From positions 1 through 64,000 of IMG/VR virus record IMGVR_UViG_3300041411_000178: a DNA stretch of 64,000 nt. One strand, 5' to 3'. Position 1 is the first letter of the stretch, and each line of letters begins with the position of its first letter. Under the pieces are notes generated by a model that saw only the letters and a list, made by a program, of their open reading frames with translations, had not been told where the DNA came from and ran no database searches. Below are positions 19,636 to 28,642 of the stretch, piece by piece. Made by a program: the position numbers and the translations under genes.

Positions 19636-19729
19636 TATCCCGAGCAACAGACTTACCGTCTGGGGGGACGTGGACAACACCTCTTCTTGCTTCCTAATTT
19701 CTAACACCTGTACTCACACGAGGTTTACA

Positions 19730-20170
19730 ATGAGCTTGAATAAAGAATACACAGCCGCACAAGACGCAGCCGTTAAAGATCTGGTGGAAAACGTCACGTA
19801 CAACAAGGCCACCAACCACGCTACGTTCGACGCTGCCAAACTGGAACTGCCGGAAGACATCACTCCGGAATCGATGCAAGCCCACGTGTCTTACATCAAC
19901 CAGCTGTCCGGCCAGGTTGAAGTGGCTACCGCTCAAGTGGCTCGTGATCAGTTCGCTGACAACAACAAGCTGACCACCATCGACGGCACCCTGGACTTCG
20001 GCGGCTTCACCATCAATTCCCAGCACCACCTGCAACAGCAAGTGGGCGACGATCACCTGTACGGCATCTCGACCACCGCGATCGACTACTACCACAGCGA
20101 AGAACAAACTGACTGGTTGCAAGAACACCGCGACCAACACGTAACGCTGGCCACCGCGCTGTTCGGCTAA
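19730..20170 (+). CDS. Acidic early protein, 146 aa, probably highly expressed
   Basis: GAGG SD, own promoter and terminator, strong C-ending codon bias. Confidence 0.8.
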   Translation: MSLNKEYTAAQDAAVKDLVENVTYNKATNHATFDAAKLELPEDITPESMQAHVSYINQLSGQVEVATAQVARDQFADNNKLTTIDGTLDFGGFTINSQHHLQQQVGDDHLYGISTTAIDYYHSEEQTDWLQEHRDQHVTLATALFG

Positions 20171-20187
20171 TACCTCCACAGTAGTAC

Positions 20188-20240
20188 GGATGACTAGGGA
20201 GCAATCCTTAGTCATCCACTATTACGCATTTTGTTTTTCG
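20188..20240 (+). terminator. Terminator-like hairpin with GCAA loop
   Basis: GGATGACTAGGGA-GCAA-TCCTTAGTCATCC; T-rich tract lies about 12 nt further on. Confidence 0.7.
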
Positions 20241-20251
20241 TGAGGTGTCAT

Positions 20252-20764
20252 ATGTCTCAAGATCCACTCAACGAACAATTCATTCCCGACGGTAGCGTGG
20301 AATGGGTTTATACGCCGCTGCCTGGTTCTCCGGTTCAGGTTCCTTCGTTCTTCATGGACGGTGGGTACAACGCTGAACTTCATAAGCAGGGCTGCAAAGA
20401 GCTGGAAGAGATGTATCCTTGCAGTACGTTTCTTATTGTGGATCCTCCCGTGAGCAGTCATGATTACAAGAAGCTTTACCGTGAATTAGACGAAACGGGG
20501 TTCTTTACAGACCGTAAGTCTGAAGGTGACGTAAATGGGTTCAGAGTGTCGTATGCGCTTACCTTCACCATGAAGCCCAATGGTGTTAACGTCACCTGTT
20601 CTATTCCTGGTTACAGCCGTAGCAAAGGAAAGATTGCTGTTCCTAATATACGCGTTGTAGAGTTCTATTCCGATGGCAGTGCATGGGTTGCTCAGCCAGC
20701 TAAGTTGGATGAAGCTATCCGGGCTATTGAAGCGCTTATTGAGCAGCGTAAAGCGACGGGGTAA
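20252..20764 (+). CDS. Hypothetical protein
   Basis: GAGGTG SD before ATG 20252. Confidence 0.7.
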   Translation: MSQDPLNEQFIPDGSVEWVYTPLPGSPVQVPSFFMDGGYNAELHKQGCKELEEMYPCSTFLIVDPPVSSHDYKKLYRELDETGFFTDRKSEGDVNGFRVSYALTFTMKPNGVNVTCSIPGYSRSKGKIAVPNIRVVEFYSDGSAWVAQPAKLDEAIRAIEALIEQRKATG

Positions 20765-20766
20765 TA

Positions 20767-21717
20767 ATGGATACATACGAACTTGTTCAGATGCTTGTCA
20801 AGATGGGTGTGTTCTTTGCCCCCCAAGACCAGTTTGTAATAAAGGACTGTTTGGTGAAGCTCTACACCAATCCTCAGTTTGACAACAACGGCTTGGAAGT
20901 CTCTATCGGTCATCCTGAGTATGCTGGTGCTTACGTACCTTGGTACAGCTACACTCATGGGAGCCACCTGGGGCATTGTTTCCACGGTGAGACGATAAGT
21001 GCTACGAAACTACGTGCTGCTTTGTCAGCGGCTATCGTTACTTGGTACGGTGCTGAATCAGTGGACATCATGTTTGGCGCGGGTATGTACTTGCGGCTTC
21101 TTGATACTACATTGAGATTTGATCCTGATTTTAAAGGTCACCTCAAAATAGTTAAACTCGGTCCTCGTAAAGACCTACAAAAAGATGTAGACGAACACTT
21201 GCTCAAACTTCCTTTCGAGGAAGTCCATTCTTGGGGCATGCCATTGGCCCCTTATTCTGGAGGGATCCACGTGACCACTAAACTCAATAAGGCGGAAGCC
21301 CAAGTGCCACGTATCAGCTATCGCGACGCCGTAGCCAATTTGGCAGCAGAAGAAAAGCTCCGCTTCGAAGGGGAACACTATAAGCCCCAGAAAGCCGAGC
21401 CAAGTCCTTTCGGCGATAAACCTGAGGGCGTGGATGATCACCCGTGGGTAGCCTGGCGTCGTAACCACTACTCCACTCCGGTGGGTATGAAGGCTGACGA
21501 ATACCGTCGGGCGCTGATCGATGTACTGGAGACTGAACCCTTCCGTACGTTGAACAGCCTGAGTCTGGTTAACTGTGAACGCGAACGCCACGGTCATTTG
21601 ACACTGGGGTGGGTCATCTGTATGTACTACAATTTCGGCGGTAAGTCCTGGGAAGAAATTCACCAGGTAGGTATTGAACGCATCAAATACGATCGTCGTA
21701 AAGACGGTAAAAATTAA
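20767..21717 (+). CDS. Hypothetical protein
   Basis: 316 aa, tightly packed in the operon. Confidence 0.7.
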   Translation: MDTYELVQMLVKMGVFFAPQDQFVIKDCLVKLYTNPQFDNNGLEVSIGHPEYAGAYVPWYSYTHGSHLGHCFHGETISATKLRAALSAAIVTWYGAESVDIMFGAGMYLRLLDTTLRFDPDFKGHLKIVKLGPRKDLQKDVDEHLLKLPFEEVHSWGMPLAPYSGGIHVTTKLNKAEAQVPRISYRDAVANLAAEEKLRFEGEHYKPQKAEPSPFGDKPEGVDDHPWVAWRRNHYSTPVGMKADEYRRALIDVLETEPFRTLNSLSLVNCERERHGHLTLGWVICMYYNFGGKSWEEIHQVGIERIKYDRRKDGKN

Positions 21718-21729
21718 TAGGGGGTAGGT

Positions 21730-22506
21730 ATGCTTCATGAACTCGATTATGACAAAGACTTGGATTTGACACTCGGACTGGTGCGCAAAGAGTTACGCGC
21801 GCTGGTAGACGGCCGTACGTTCGTCGATGAGCGGGAAATGCGTGGCGGTAAGACCGGGCATTACTTCCTGCCAAACAGTTTTGCCGTTATGGCAGGTCTG
21901 CGCTATCTCGGGGAAGATTCTTCCGCTCAGCCTCTTAAAACGTTCACCGTTATCGCCAAACCAGTAACAGTGGTCGTACACGGCGGCGGTACTGAATACG
22001 AATTGATGTTTGCCAGCTTCGAAGACGCGCAAAGCGGTGCTATCTCGTTGGGCCTGGAACGCGAGATCGTGTATGGCGACATTACCATGCACGAAGAACT
22101 GCTCGACCAGCGAGCGGCGTTTCCAGGTATTATCGACGTGGTCGGTTCTGCGAAAAAAGCCAGCAATCGGTCTCTGGCGGATATGTCATTGTATCCAGCA
22201 GGGCGCCAGGTCAGTTCCGGTAACAAGGACCCCTATTTCTTAGGGTTCATGCTCGGATCGACCATGGGCGGCGATTGCCGTTCGCTACACATCAGCATGG
22301 CCGGTGAAGGTGAGTACGACATCAAGCACTCCGGTGACGAACACCGCTATACGCCCAATGCCTGGGTATCGGCCAGCCGTCTGCTGGAAAACCCCAACAC
22401 CTTCGAAAAACTCTGCCCGTGGTCTGCTCAGTTTGTTGAGGCGCTGCGGGGTAATCGTAATCACTGGACGCCTGAGCGCGAACAGGGTTTGAAAACTATT
22501 CGTTAA
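21730..22506 (+). CDS. Hypothetical protein
   Basis: 258 aa, G-rich SD. Confidence 0.7.
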   Translation: MLHELDYDKDLDLTLGLVRKELRALVDGRTFVDEREMRGGKTGHYFLPNSFAVMAGLRYLGEDSSAQPLKTFTVIAKPVTVVVHGGGTEYELMFASFEDAQSGAISLGLEREIVYGDITMHEELLDQRAAFPGIIDVVGSAKKASNRSLADMSLYPAGRQVSSGNKDPYFLGFMLGSTMGGDCRSLHISMAGEGEYDIKHSGDEHRYTPNAWVSASRLLENPNTFEKLCPWSAQFVEALRGNRNHWTPEREQGLKTIR

Positions 22507-22533
22507 TCGTTTTATCCATCAGGAGCAATACCC

Positions 22534-23343
22534 ATGTTGTTGAAGTCTATCCCTAAAGGTGCTGAATTCACTTACGGCGTTCACGGCCCATCCCTGGCCG
22601 CTATCGTGCCTGACAACGCGTTCACGCTGTTGCCTCAGGAACAGCTGCGTGACGCTGTACGTAAACTCGACGAAATCACCATGGGCTCCGTGCGCGCTCT
22701 GAACGCCAAGTTCGAGTTGCTGCGCCAAGGCATCGGTTACATCCTGTTCTACCGCATCGAACGTGATTTCAGTGGTAACAGTTTTGTTCAATTCATGGTC
22801 TATCGCCGCAACAAGACCAACAACGAAGGTCAGCTGGTCTCCAAACTGAGCCTGGGGGCTGGCGGTCATATCGAAGGTTTCGACGTGTCCTACCACCGGA
22901 TCATTAAAGACGAGTTGCTGCACGGGACTCCGATCATCGATATGGGTGAAACCACCGACGATTCCGTTGATCGTGAGGGCGGTGAAGAAGTCAAGCTGTT
23001 CGACAAAGATGACCAGAACGTTACTGGCGATGTCATGGTCGATGCCAAAGAAGGCCCGTTCAACAAGATCGGCTTCGTGATGGACAGCAAGCCTGAAGAG
23101 AAAGGCTACGTCGGCAACATCCATTACGGTGTGGTGTACGCCATCGACGCTTCTGAAGCTGTTCGCTTCGAAATGGCTGAGCCTCAGAACGACGCTGTTG
23201 CCTGGGCGTGTGCTGACGACCTCAAGAACGGCGACCTGTTCAAGAACCCTGAATGCCCGCTCGAACCGTGGTCGCAAATGATCGCTGATCAAATCGATGC
23301 GGTTGAAGACTACATCCTGACGCACTTCGCGCCGGCGGCCTAA
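22534..23343 (+). CDS. NUDIX-fold phosphoesterase (COG4112/YmaB-like)
   Basis: LRQGIGY, SLGAGGHI, REGGEEV (Nudix box variant), VGNIHYGVV, LEPWSQ motifs. Confidence 0.75.
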   Translation: MLLKSIPKGAEFTYGVHGPSLAAIVPDNAFTLLPQEQLRDAVRKLDEITMGSVRALNAKFELLRQGIGYILFYRIERDFSGNSFVQFMVYRRNKTNNEGQLVSKLSLGAGGHIEGFDVSYHRIIKDELLHGTPIIDMGETTDDSVDREGGEEVKLFDKDDQNVTGDVMVDAKEGPFNKIGFVMDSKPEEKGYVGNIHYGVVYAIDASEAVRFEMAEPQNDAVAWACADDLKNGDLFKNPECPLEPWSQMIADQIDAVEDYILTHFAPAA

Positions 23344-23351
23344 CCGCAATG

Positions 23352-23388
23352 CACTGCCCTCTTCGGAGGGTGGTGTTTATTTTTTTGT
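23352..23388 (+). terminator. Intrinsic terminator with cUUCGg loop
   Basis: CACTGCCCTC-TTCG-GAGGGTGGTG followed by a T-run. Confidence 0.85.
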
Positions 23389-23406
23389 CATGTGGGGGAT
23401 TTATTA

Positions 23407-23838
23407 ATGGTCGTTAGAAGTAAAGAAGTTTCTCCTGAGCTGCGATCCTTATACGAGGAAACAATACAGGTGTTCACCAAAGACATTACTGGTACATTTA
23501 TAGGCGGGATTGTCGTTGCAATAGTTCCCATGGAACATTGGTCACCCAATATTTACTTTTACGATTTCGCTAAACGTCGTGACCCAATTGCCGAGATCGG
23601 TAGTGGTGGGCAAAGTCTAGTGTTCCGACCTTACTCAGTTAAGGGTCATAACGGCGACGTTTATCTTGATGAATCCATTGTGTTAGCACAGATGCAAGTC
23701 TTACCTGAATTGATAAGAATGAGAATCCAGGAAGTACAAGCGTTAGAACTGGGTGTAGCGGTAAGGCACGTTCACAAGTTTACAGATCCCAATTACGTAC
23801 CACCCCAACAGAAAAAGAAGCAGGGACGGAATAAATAA
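23407..23838 (+). CDS. Hypothetical protein
   Basis: GGGGGA SD; TAATG overlap with the next gene. Confidence 0.65.
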   Translation: MVVRSKEVSPELRSLYEETIQVFTKDITGTFIGGIVVAIVPMEHWSPNIYFYDFAKRRDPIAEIGSGGQSLVFRPYSVKGHNGDVYLDESIVLAQMQVLPELIRMRIQEVQALELGVAVRHVHKFTDPNYVPPQQKKKQGRNK

Positions 23839-24776
23839 TGTCAGAAGTTAACGTTGCTTTCAGTTCGGGTATTGATTCAACTGCTTTGCTGGTAATGGGT
23901 CTGCGTCGGGGGTTTCGTGTGAACCTGCACATGATCAACGTGTCTGGTATTCCTGAGACGATGATGTACGAAGCGTACACGATGTGGCGTATCATTGAAG
24001 AGGTCAAGAAGATGACCTTCAAGAGTGGGAGTATCGGGACTGTTTCTTACAGCTTTGAATCACCCTTCCCGGCTCGTACGAAGGGCGGTACTGAAGACCA
24101 AGTCTGTAACTCCATTGTACAACAACTCGCCACTGTCTTGGGCATGGTGGATATTCGGCGGATGAACTATGACCAATGCCCAGGGACCTGGATTGGGTGG
24201 AACAAAGCAGATGCTTCCGAATCCTCCCTAATTGAATGGGATCACACCGAGCAAGATTACGAAGACCTTGTTACTAAGGTTCCAGCTATGATCGGTCGTC
24301 TTGGTAATGCGGACAACCTGGAAACGCCTTTCCGTATGCCGTTGTGGGATTTGAGCAAGAAAGAGATCTACGCTATCTTGCCACCAGAGTTGAAAGCACT
24401 GACTTTGGTAAACGGCAAAGCCTATGTTGATCCTGAGAAGAACAAGGCGACGTATAACGCCTATCCACACAAGCTTAAGGAACTTGCTGAGCAGCTGGAT
24501 ATGGAAATGCCAGAACACTGGGCTGTTGATCTAACCGACATTCCTGCGCACATCCGCATTATGTGCGGCTATGGTCTACCATCTGATGTGGGGTTGTCCG
24601 ATGATGCGTTACCACTTGTTCTTGAGCTGAGCAAGTTGTTCTCGTGGAAATACAACATTACTTTTGAAAAGGCCGAGAAAAGTAACGCTGTCAGCAACTT
24701 CAAGTATTTCGTAGACAACCACATTGAACTGGTTGGTAAACTCTCCGCATTTAAGAAAGAGGAAGCAGTCGCATGA
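23838..24776 (+). CDS. QueC-like PP-loop (adenine nucleotide alpha-hydrolase) protein
   Basis: N-terminal VAFSSGIDST PP-loop; PLWDLSKKEI motif; no CxxCxxC zinc site. Confidence 0.7.
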   Translation: MSEVNVAFSSGIDSTALLVMGLRRGFRVNLHMINVSGIPETMMYEAYTMWRIIEEVKKMTFKSGSIGTVSYSFESPFPARTKGGTEDQVCNSIVQQLATVLGMVDIRRMNYDQCPGTWIGWNKADASESSLIEWDHTEQDYEDLVTKVPAMIGRLGNADNLETPFRMPLWDLSKKEIYAILPPELKALTLVNGKAYVDPEKNKATYNAYPHKLKELAEQLDMEMPEHWAVDLTDIPAHIRIMCGYGLPSDVGLSDDALPLVLELSKLFSWKYNITFEKAEKSNAVSNFKYFVDNHIELVGKLSAFKKEEAVA

Positions 24777-25543
24777 AGGGGCACTTAATTGTTGTAGAGG
24801 GCCTAGGAGGCTCTGGAAAGACCAGTGTCTTGGATCGCATGGAAATGCAGCTGCAACAGGCTAACGTTCCTTACATCCGCACCCGTGAGCCCGGCGGTAC
24901 CTTTGCTGCCGAGTATCTGCGCAAATTGTGTCGCGAAGGCATTCCGGATAACCCAGGTAAGTTGGACCCTATGACGGTGGCATTGCTGTTCAATGCTGCT
25001 CGTTCTGAAAACATCAAGGACGTAATCAAACCAGCGCTGGCAGCAGGTAAAGTGGTTCTGTGTGATCGCTTCTGTGATGCAACGTTTGCCTTCCAACATG
25101 AGGCCGGTCTGAAGAATCTGCTCGACCTTCATCTGGCGGCACACGGTGATTTCTTCCCGGACCTTACTTTCCTGTTGGACGGCGACCCTGCGATCTTCCA
25201 ACGCCGGATTACCCCTGAAGAAATGGCCAGCGATCAGTTTGACTCCATGGGAATGGAGAAGCTGAACATCGCCCGCAAGAACTTCGTAAACCTGACCAAG
25301 TTCCGAATTCACGACGGCCGTTACGTTTTGGTTAACGCTGAAGTTAACCAAGACCAGGTCTACGCGCAGATCCTCCCTGATCTGATGGGTGTCATTGACC
25401 GGATGAAACAACGCCCGGATCCAGTGCCGGCACCAACATTAGACCAGCTGTTGGAGCTTTCGCAGAAGTCCACAAAGATGTTAGAAGGTCTGGTTGAGAC
25501 TTACACCCCTACCGACCGTCCCGCGGTGTCGATCAAGGACTAG
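24773..25543 (+). CDS. tmk: Thymidylate kinase
   Basis: VEGLGGSGKT P-loop, TREPGGT, LCDRF, PDLTFLLD. Confidence 0.92.
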   Translation: MKGHLIVVEGLGGSGKTSVLDRMEMQLQQANVPYIRTREPGGTFAAEYLRKLCREGIPDNPGKLDPMTVALLFNAARSENIKDVIKPALAAGKVVLCDRFCDATFAFQHEAGLKNLLDLHLAAHGDFFPDLTFLLDGDPAIFQRRITPEEMASDQFDSMGMEKLNIARKNFVNLTKFRIHDGRYVLVNAEVNQDQVYAQILPDLMGVIDRMKQRPDPVPAPTLDQLLELSQKSTKMLEGLVETYTPTDRPAVSIKD

Positions 25544-25573
25544 ATGCTATAGTCCAAACAAGAGGTTAGGGTT

Positions 25574-25762
25574 ATGACACCTGATGACGAAATGCGCCAA
25601 CGGCTTCACCTGGATTCCCTGGGCAAGGTCTATTCGACTGTTCCACCGGAACGTAACTCCTGGAGCCCTCAAGGCTTGAAGGAAGATCCGAACTTTGTAA
25701 AACGTGCTGAACCGCCTAAGCAGTTCGGTTACGGGATGGAACTGAATCTCCCCAAACGTTAA
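25574..25762 (+). CDS. Small hypothetical protein
   Basis: 62 aa, GAGG SD, followed by a terminator. Confidence 0.55.
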   Translation: MTPDDEMRQRLHLDSLGKVYSTVPPERNSWSPQGLKEDPNFVKRAEPPKQFGYGMELNLPKR

Positions 25763-25770
25763 CTCGTTAT

Positions 25771-25811
25771 TATACCTACCTAGCCCGTAATAGGCTAGGT
25801 AGGTATATTTA
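25771..25811 (+). terminator. Terminator, 15-bp perfect stem
   Basis: TATACCTACCTAGCC-CGTAATA-GGCTAGGTAGGTATA. Confidence 0.8.
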
Positions 25812-25823
25812 AGATACATCATC

Positions 25824-25840
25824 TTTCAGGTCTATATTAC
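25824..25840 (+). promoter_or_regulatory. Early promoter
   Basis: TTTCAGGTCTATATTAC. Confidence 0.8.
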
Positions 25841-25886
25841 TCCTGTGATTAAGACAATTAAGTCTTTCATACTCCGGAGTAACATC

Positions 25887-26786
25887 ATGAACAATTCCAT
25901 CGCTACTGTTTCTTTCATGGCTGACCGTTTCGCTAAACTGCTGGCCAACATCGCTTTCGAAATTCCATTCGAACCAGAGTGGAAAAACGGCACTGGTTAC
26001 TTTGACCATGCTGTTGATTGCTACGTGCCTGAAGGGCGTGTGGTCAAAGCTGTTTGCCCAAGCACGCAACGCCGCATCGTTCTGGTCGGCACCGTGCTGG
26101 GTACTGTGGTTGTGTTTGAACGCTACACGCCAGACATCGGCCAGGCATTCATTCTGACCTGGCATGCTCCTAAAGCGCTGCGTGCATTCATTGGCGAACC
26201 AGCACTGACGTCGGACACGCTGGAAAAGATCGTCTGCACCTACCACCCGCAGGAAAACATCAGTGCGCACGTTGACCGTCTGATTGACGATGGCATCAAA
26301 GCGCGCATTGCCCGCAAGGTGGATGTAGCGTCGATACACATGCCAGCTCCAGAGAAGGGCGTTGCCTGCCGTGTGGTGCCTGACGATGAAGTATCGTCGG
26401 ATTACCGCCCGTTGGTGATTGCTGACTCCAACGTGTCGCAGATCTTCGTGGCTGTTGCTAAAGCAGTTCATGCAGCCAAGGGTGTGGTAAAAGACGATCA
26501 CCGCGCATCCATTGGCGGTACCCTGAAGCTGTGTGGTGTGGCGACTCTGGATAATGGTGATTCTTCCATTCCAGTGGCGCTGATCGACGACGAGTACTTC
26601 TCGCTGAACGAACTGTACCTGGACGAAGCGGGTGTTCCACACGTGTCCACTCGTTCGGTGGCTGGTGTGATTCACACGCCGAAGTCTCAGAACGTGACAC
26701 TGGAGCAAGGCATCGCTGCTTACAACAAGGCGATGGAAGGCAATCGCTTCTCGTGTGGCCAAGTCAACAACGTAGTCCTGTTCTAA
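25887..26786 (+). CDS. Early hypothetical protein (299 aa)
   Basis: GGAG SD before ATG 25887; monocistronic between promoter and terminator. Confidence 0.75.
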   Translation: MNNSIATVSFMADRFAKLLANIAFEIPFEPEWKNGTGYFDHAVDCYVPEGRVVKAVCPSTQRRIVLVGTVLGTVVVFERYTPDIGQAFILTWHAPKALRAFIGEPALTSDTLEKIVCTYHPQENISAHVDRLIDDGIKARIARKVDVASIHMPAPEKGVACRVVPDDEVSSDYRPLVIADSNVSQIFVAVAKAVHAAKGVVKDDHRASIGGTLKLCGVATLDNGDSSIPVALIDDEYFSLNELYLDEAGVPHVSTRSVAGVIHTPKSQNVTLEQGIAAYNKAMEGNRFSCGQVNNVVLF

Positions 26787-26795
26787 GCAGGACGT

Positions 26796-26832
26796 AAAAG
26801 GCGGGGGAGAAATCCTCCGTCTTTTATTTTTT
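26796..26832 (+). terminator. Intrinsic terminator
   Basis: AAAAGGCGGGGGA-GAAA-TCCTCCGTCTTTT plus T-run. Confidence 0.75.
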
Positions 26833-26872
26833 GGGGGATTAGGAATATTCCCCTTCATCAAAGGAGTTAGTT

Positions 26873-27349
26873 ATGCGATTGCTTATCGTGCTGTTATTGG
26901 TGGTCCTTGCTTCGGCAGAGCCCGCCATGGCCAGAGCAGGTATCATGGCTGGTATACCTGAGAGCAAACAAGAAAGTGTTCTGATGAGCTGTGACACGGA
27001 AGCTGGCAAGAGTCTGCTAGTCCTTCGTGATCCAGATACAGACACCTTCACGATTCTCTACGGTAAAGACCTGATCCGGCCTGAGCAGATAGTAGTCAAG
27101 CTAGGCAATGACATGGGTACCTCCTATCACCATTCCGCGTCGGAAGCTACCGACACTCGAGAGATCTACTCGGCGGATGGGCAACAGTTCACTACAGTGG
27201 GCTATATGGATAAGGCAGGTGTCATATCGGCGTATTACAAATTACAAACCGGTGTGACAGTGTTGATCTCGGATAAGTGTACTGCGGCTAGTATCAGCAG
27301 TGCGTTTGACTTCTCTGAGAACTTCTCCAATATGACCGAGGTTGACTAA
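26873..27349 (+). CDS. Secreted/periplasmic protein with Sec signal peptide
   Basis: MRLLIVLLLVVLASAEPAMA signal (AMA cleavage), two Cys, AAGGAG SD. Confidence 0.75.
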   Translation: MRLLIVLLLVVLASAEPAMARAGIMAGIPESKQESVLMSCDTEAGKSLLVLRDPDTDTFTILYGKDLIRPEQIVVKLGNDMGTSYHHSASEATDTREIYSADGQQFTTVGYMDKAGVISAYYKLQTGVTVLISDKCTAASISSAFDFSENFSNMTEVD

Positions 27350-27397
27350 GGTAGCGGGAGGGTTTCCTCCCCCACCTACCTTTCTTTATTTTTTTGC
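27348..27397 (+). terminator. Intrinsic terminator
   Basis: Imperfect G/C hairpin followed by a long T-run. Confidence 0.65.
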
Positions 27398-27417
27398 TTT
27401 AAGTACAGGAGTACGTT

Positions 27418-28152
27418 ATGAATCGGTTTCGTATAGCGGACCGCAAAAACTTCCAGCTCTTTCAGGGCATTCTTACTGTTGCAGGCAATTACCTTCCTTT
27501 GGGCTTTATCTTCAGAGTTTTCAACCACATGAAGAAGAACCCTGAAGGATACGATCAAGAGTGGTTGTACAACGCTCTGTGTGCTACCAAGGACCTCTCT
27601 CAGCTACATTCCCTACCTGAGGGTGCTCTTCACGTGATGTACGCCGTGACGATGCTTATGGAGACTGGTAGGACGTATGAGAGTTCTATTCCCACAGACG
27701 CCGCTGCGGCGTTTGCTGTGGTGTTCTTGAATGAACATGCCGACGGTTTCTTCTCTGATGACGAAATACAAAGCATCTACAAAAGCTGTCGCCGTACCAG
27801 CGTCATGAATATGCGACCTTCGGTGGACACCACCATTGCTGTTGTGGCAAATGAAGTTCGGTTATTAACGGACATCTTTTATCCGAACCCGGCAAAGATG
27901 GTGATTGAATTTGTCAGAAACAATTCTACGCCTAATCTCGCCCCCATGGAACCTGATGAATGGTGCAGAGAGTTAGCGGTTAGTTTCGCTGAGCGCTTTG
28001 GCCGTCGTGGAACGGCGTGGAAAACGCTGCCAGTCATGGTTCTAAACAACAAGCAGGAGCAGTTAAGAAACTTCCAGGCTCTGGCTGATGACGCGGATTA
28101 TATCAGCGGGCTTGTGAAGAATAACTATAACCGCATTTTTGCTCGAAGGTAA
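27418..28152 (+). CDS. Hypothetical protein, degenerate HD-domain-like
   Basis: Helical pattern AVTMLMETG...AAAFA..FL....FSDDEI..I resembles the HD fold but lacks the His-Asp pair. Confidence 0.5.
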   Translation: MNRFRIADRKNFQLFQGILTVAGNYLPLGFIFRVFNHMKKNPEGYDQEWLYNALCATKDLSQLHSLPEGALHVMYAVTMLMETGRTYESSIPTDAAAAFAVVFLNEHADGFFSDDEIQSIYKSCRRTSVMNMRPSVDTTIAVVANEVRLLTDIFYPNPAKMVIEFVRNNSTPNLAPMEPDEWCRELAVSFAERFGRRGTAWKTLPVMVLNNKQEQLRNFQALADDADYISGLVKNNYNRIFARR

Positions 28153-28158
28153 AAAGGT

Positions 28159-28587
28159 ATGTCAGCACTCATCGAGGACTTCATACTGGTCGCTATCTGG
28201 GCAACCGTTGTTGTCTTACTGGTGGTACGGCACAAGGAAAGACGTGGGCTGCTCTACGGATTAACCTTAACCGATGACGGTATGACGTTCTGGTACAGAT
28301 TAGGAATCTACGCCGGAACTGTAACGATGGTTCGCGATGTGATGGTAAAGGAGCCACAACTAACCGGAAACGTTGTGGGTTGGTTGTGTCGGTTCCCTGT
28401 TCGCTACACGAATAAGGAGATGTGCAACTACATCAGGATGTATGCCCCTTTCTGTTCTGAGACCACGCCTCACTCGAAGGACCTTTGGATCTTTAATGAG
28501 GTGGTCAATCGAAACAACAATGGTTTGATTAGTGTCTATGGTCAGATCTTCTTGTTTGACAATCGCGATGGTAAAGGCTTTTATTGA
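28159..28587 (+). CDS. Membrane-anchored hypothetical protein
   Basis: N-terminal hydrophobic helix FILVAIWATVVVLLVV. Confidence 0.65.
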   Translation: MSALIEDFILVAIWATVVVLLVVRHKERRGLLYGLTLTDDGMTFWYRLGIYAGTVTMVRDVMVKEPQLTGNVVGWLCRFPVRYTNKEMCNYIRMYAPFCSETTPHSKDLWIFNEVVNRNNNGLISVYGQIFLFDNRDGKGFY

Positions 28588-28595
28588 AAAGCAGC

Positions 28596-28635
28596 TATAA
28601 GCCCTCCTAGCCCGCAAAGGCTAGGAGGGCTTATA
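28596..28635. terminator. Bidirectional terminator, 17-bp perfect stem
   Basis: TATAAGCCCTCCTAGCC-CGCAAA-GGCTAGGAGGGCTTATA between convergent genes. Confidence 0.85.
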
Positions 28636-28642
28636 TTTACGC

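Noticed and set aside
23838-24776. Calling this gene queC of a 7-deazaguanine DNA modification system
   Set aside because: Zinc motif absent and no partner genes in the window; kept as QueC-like only
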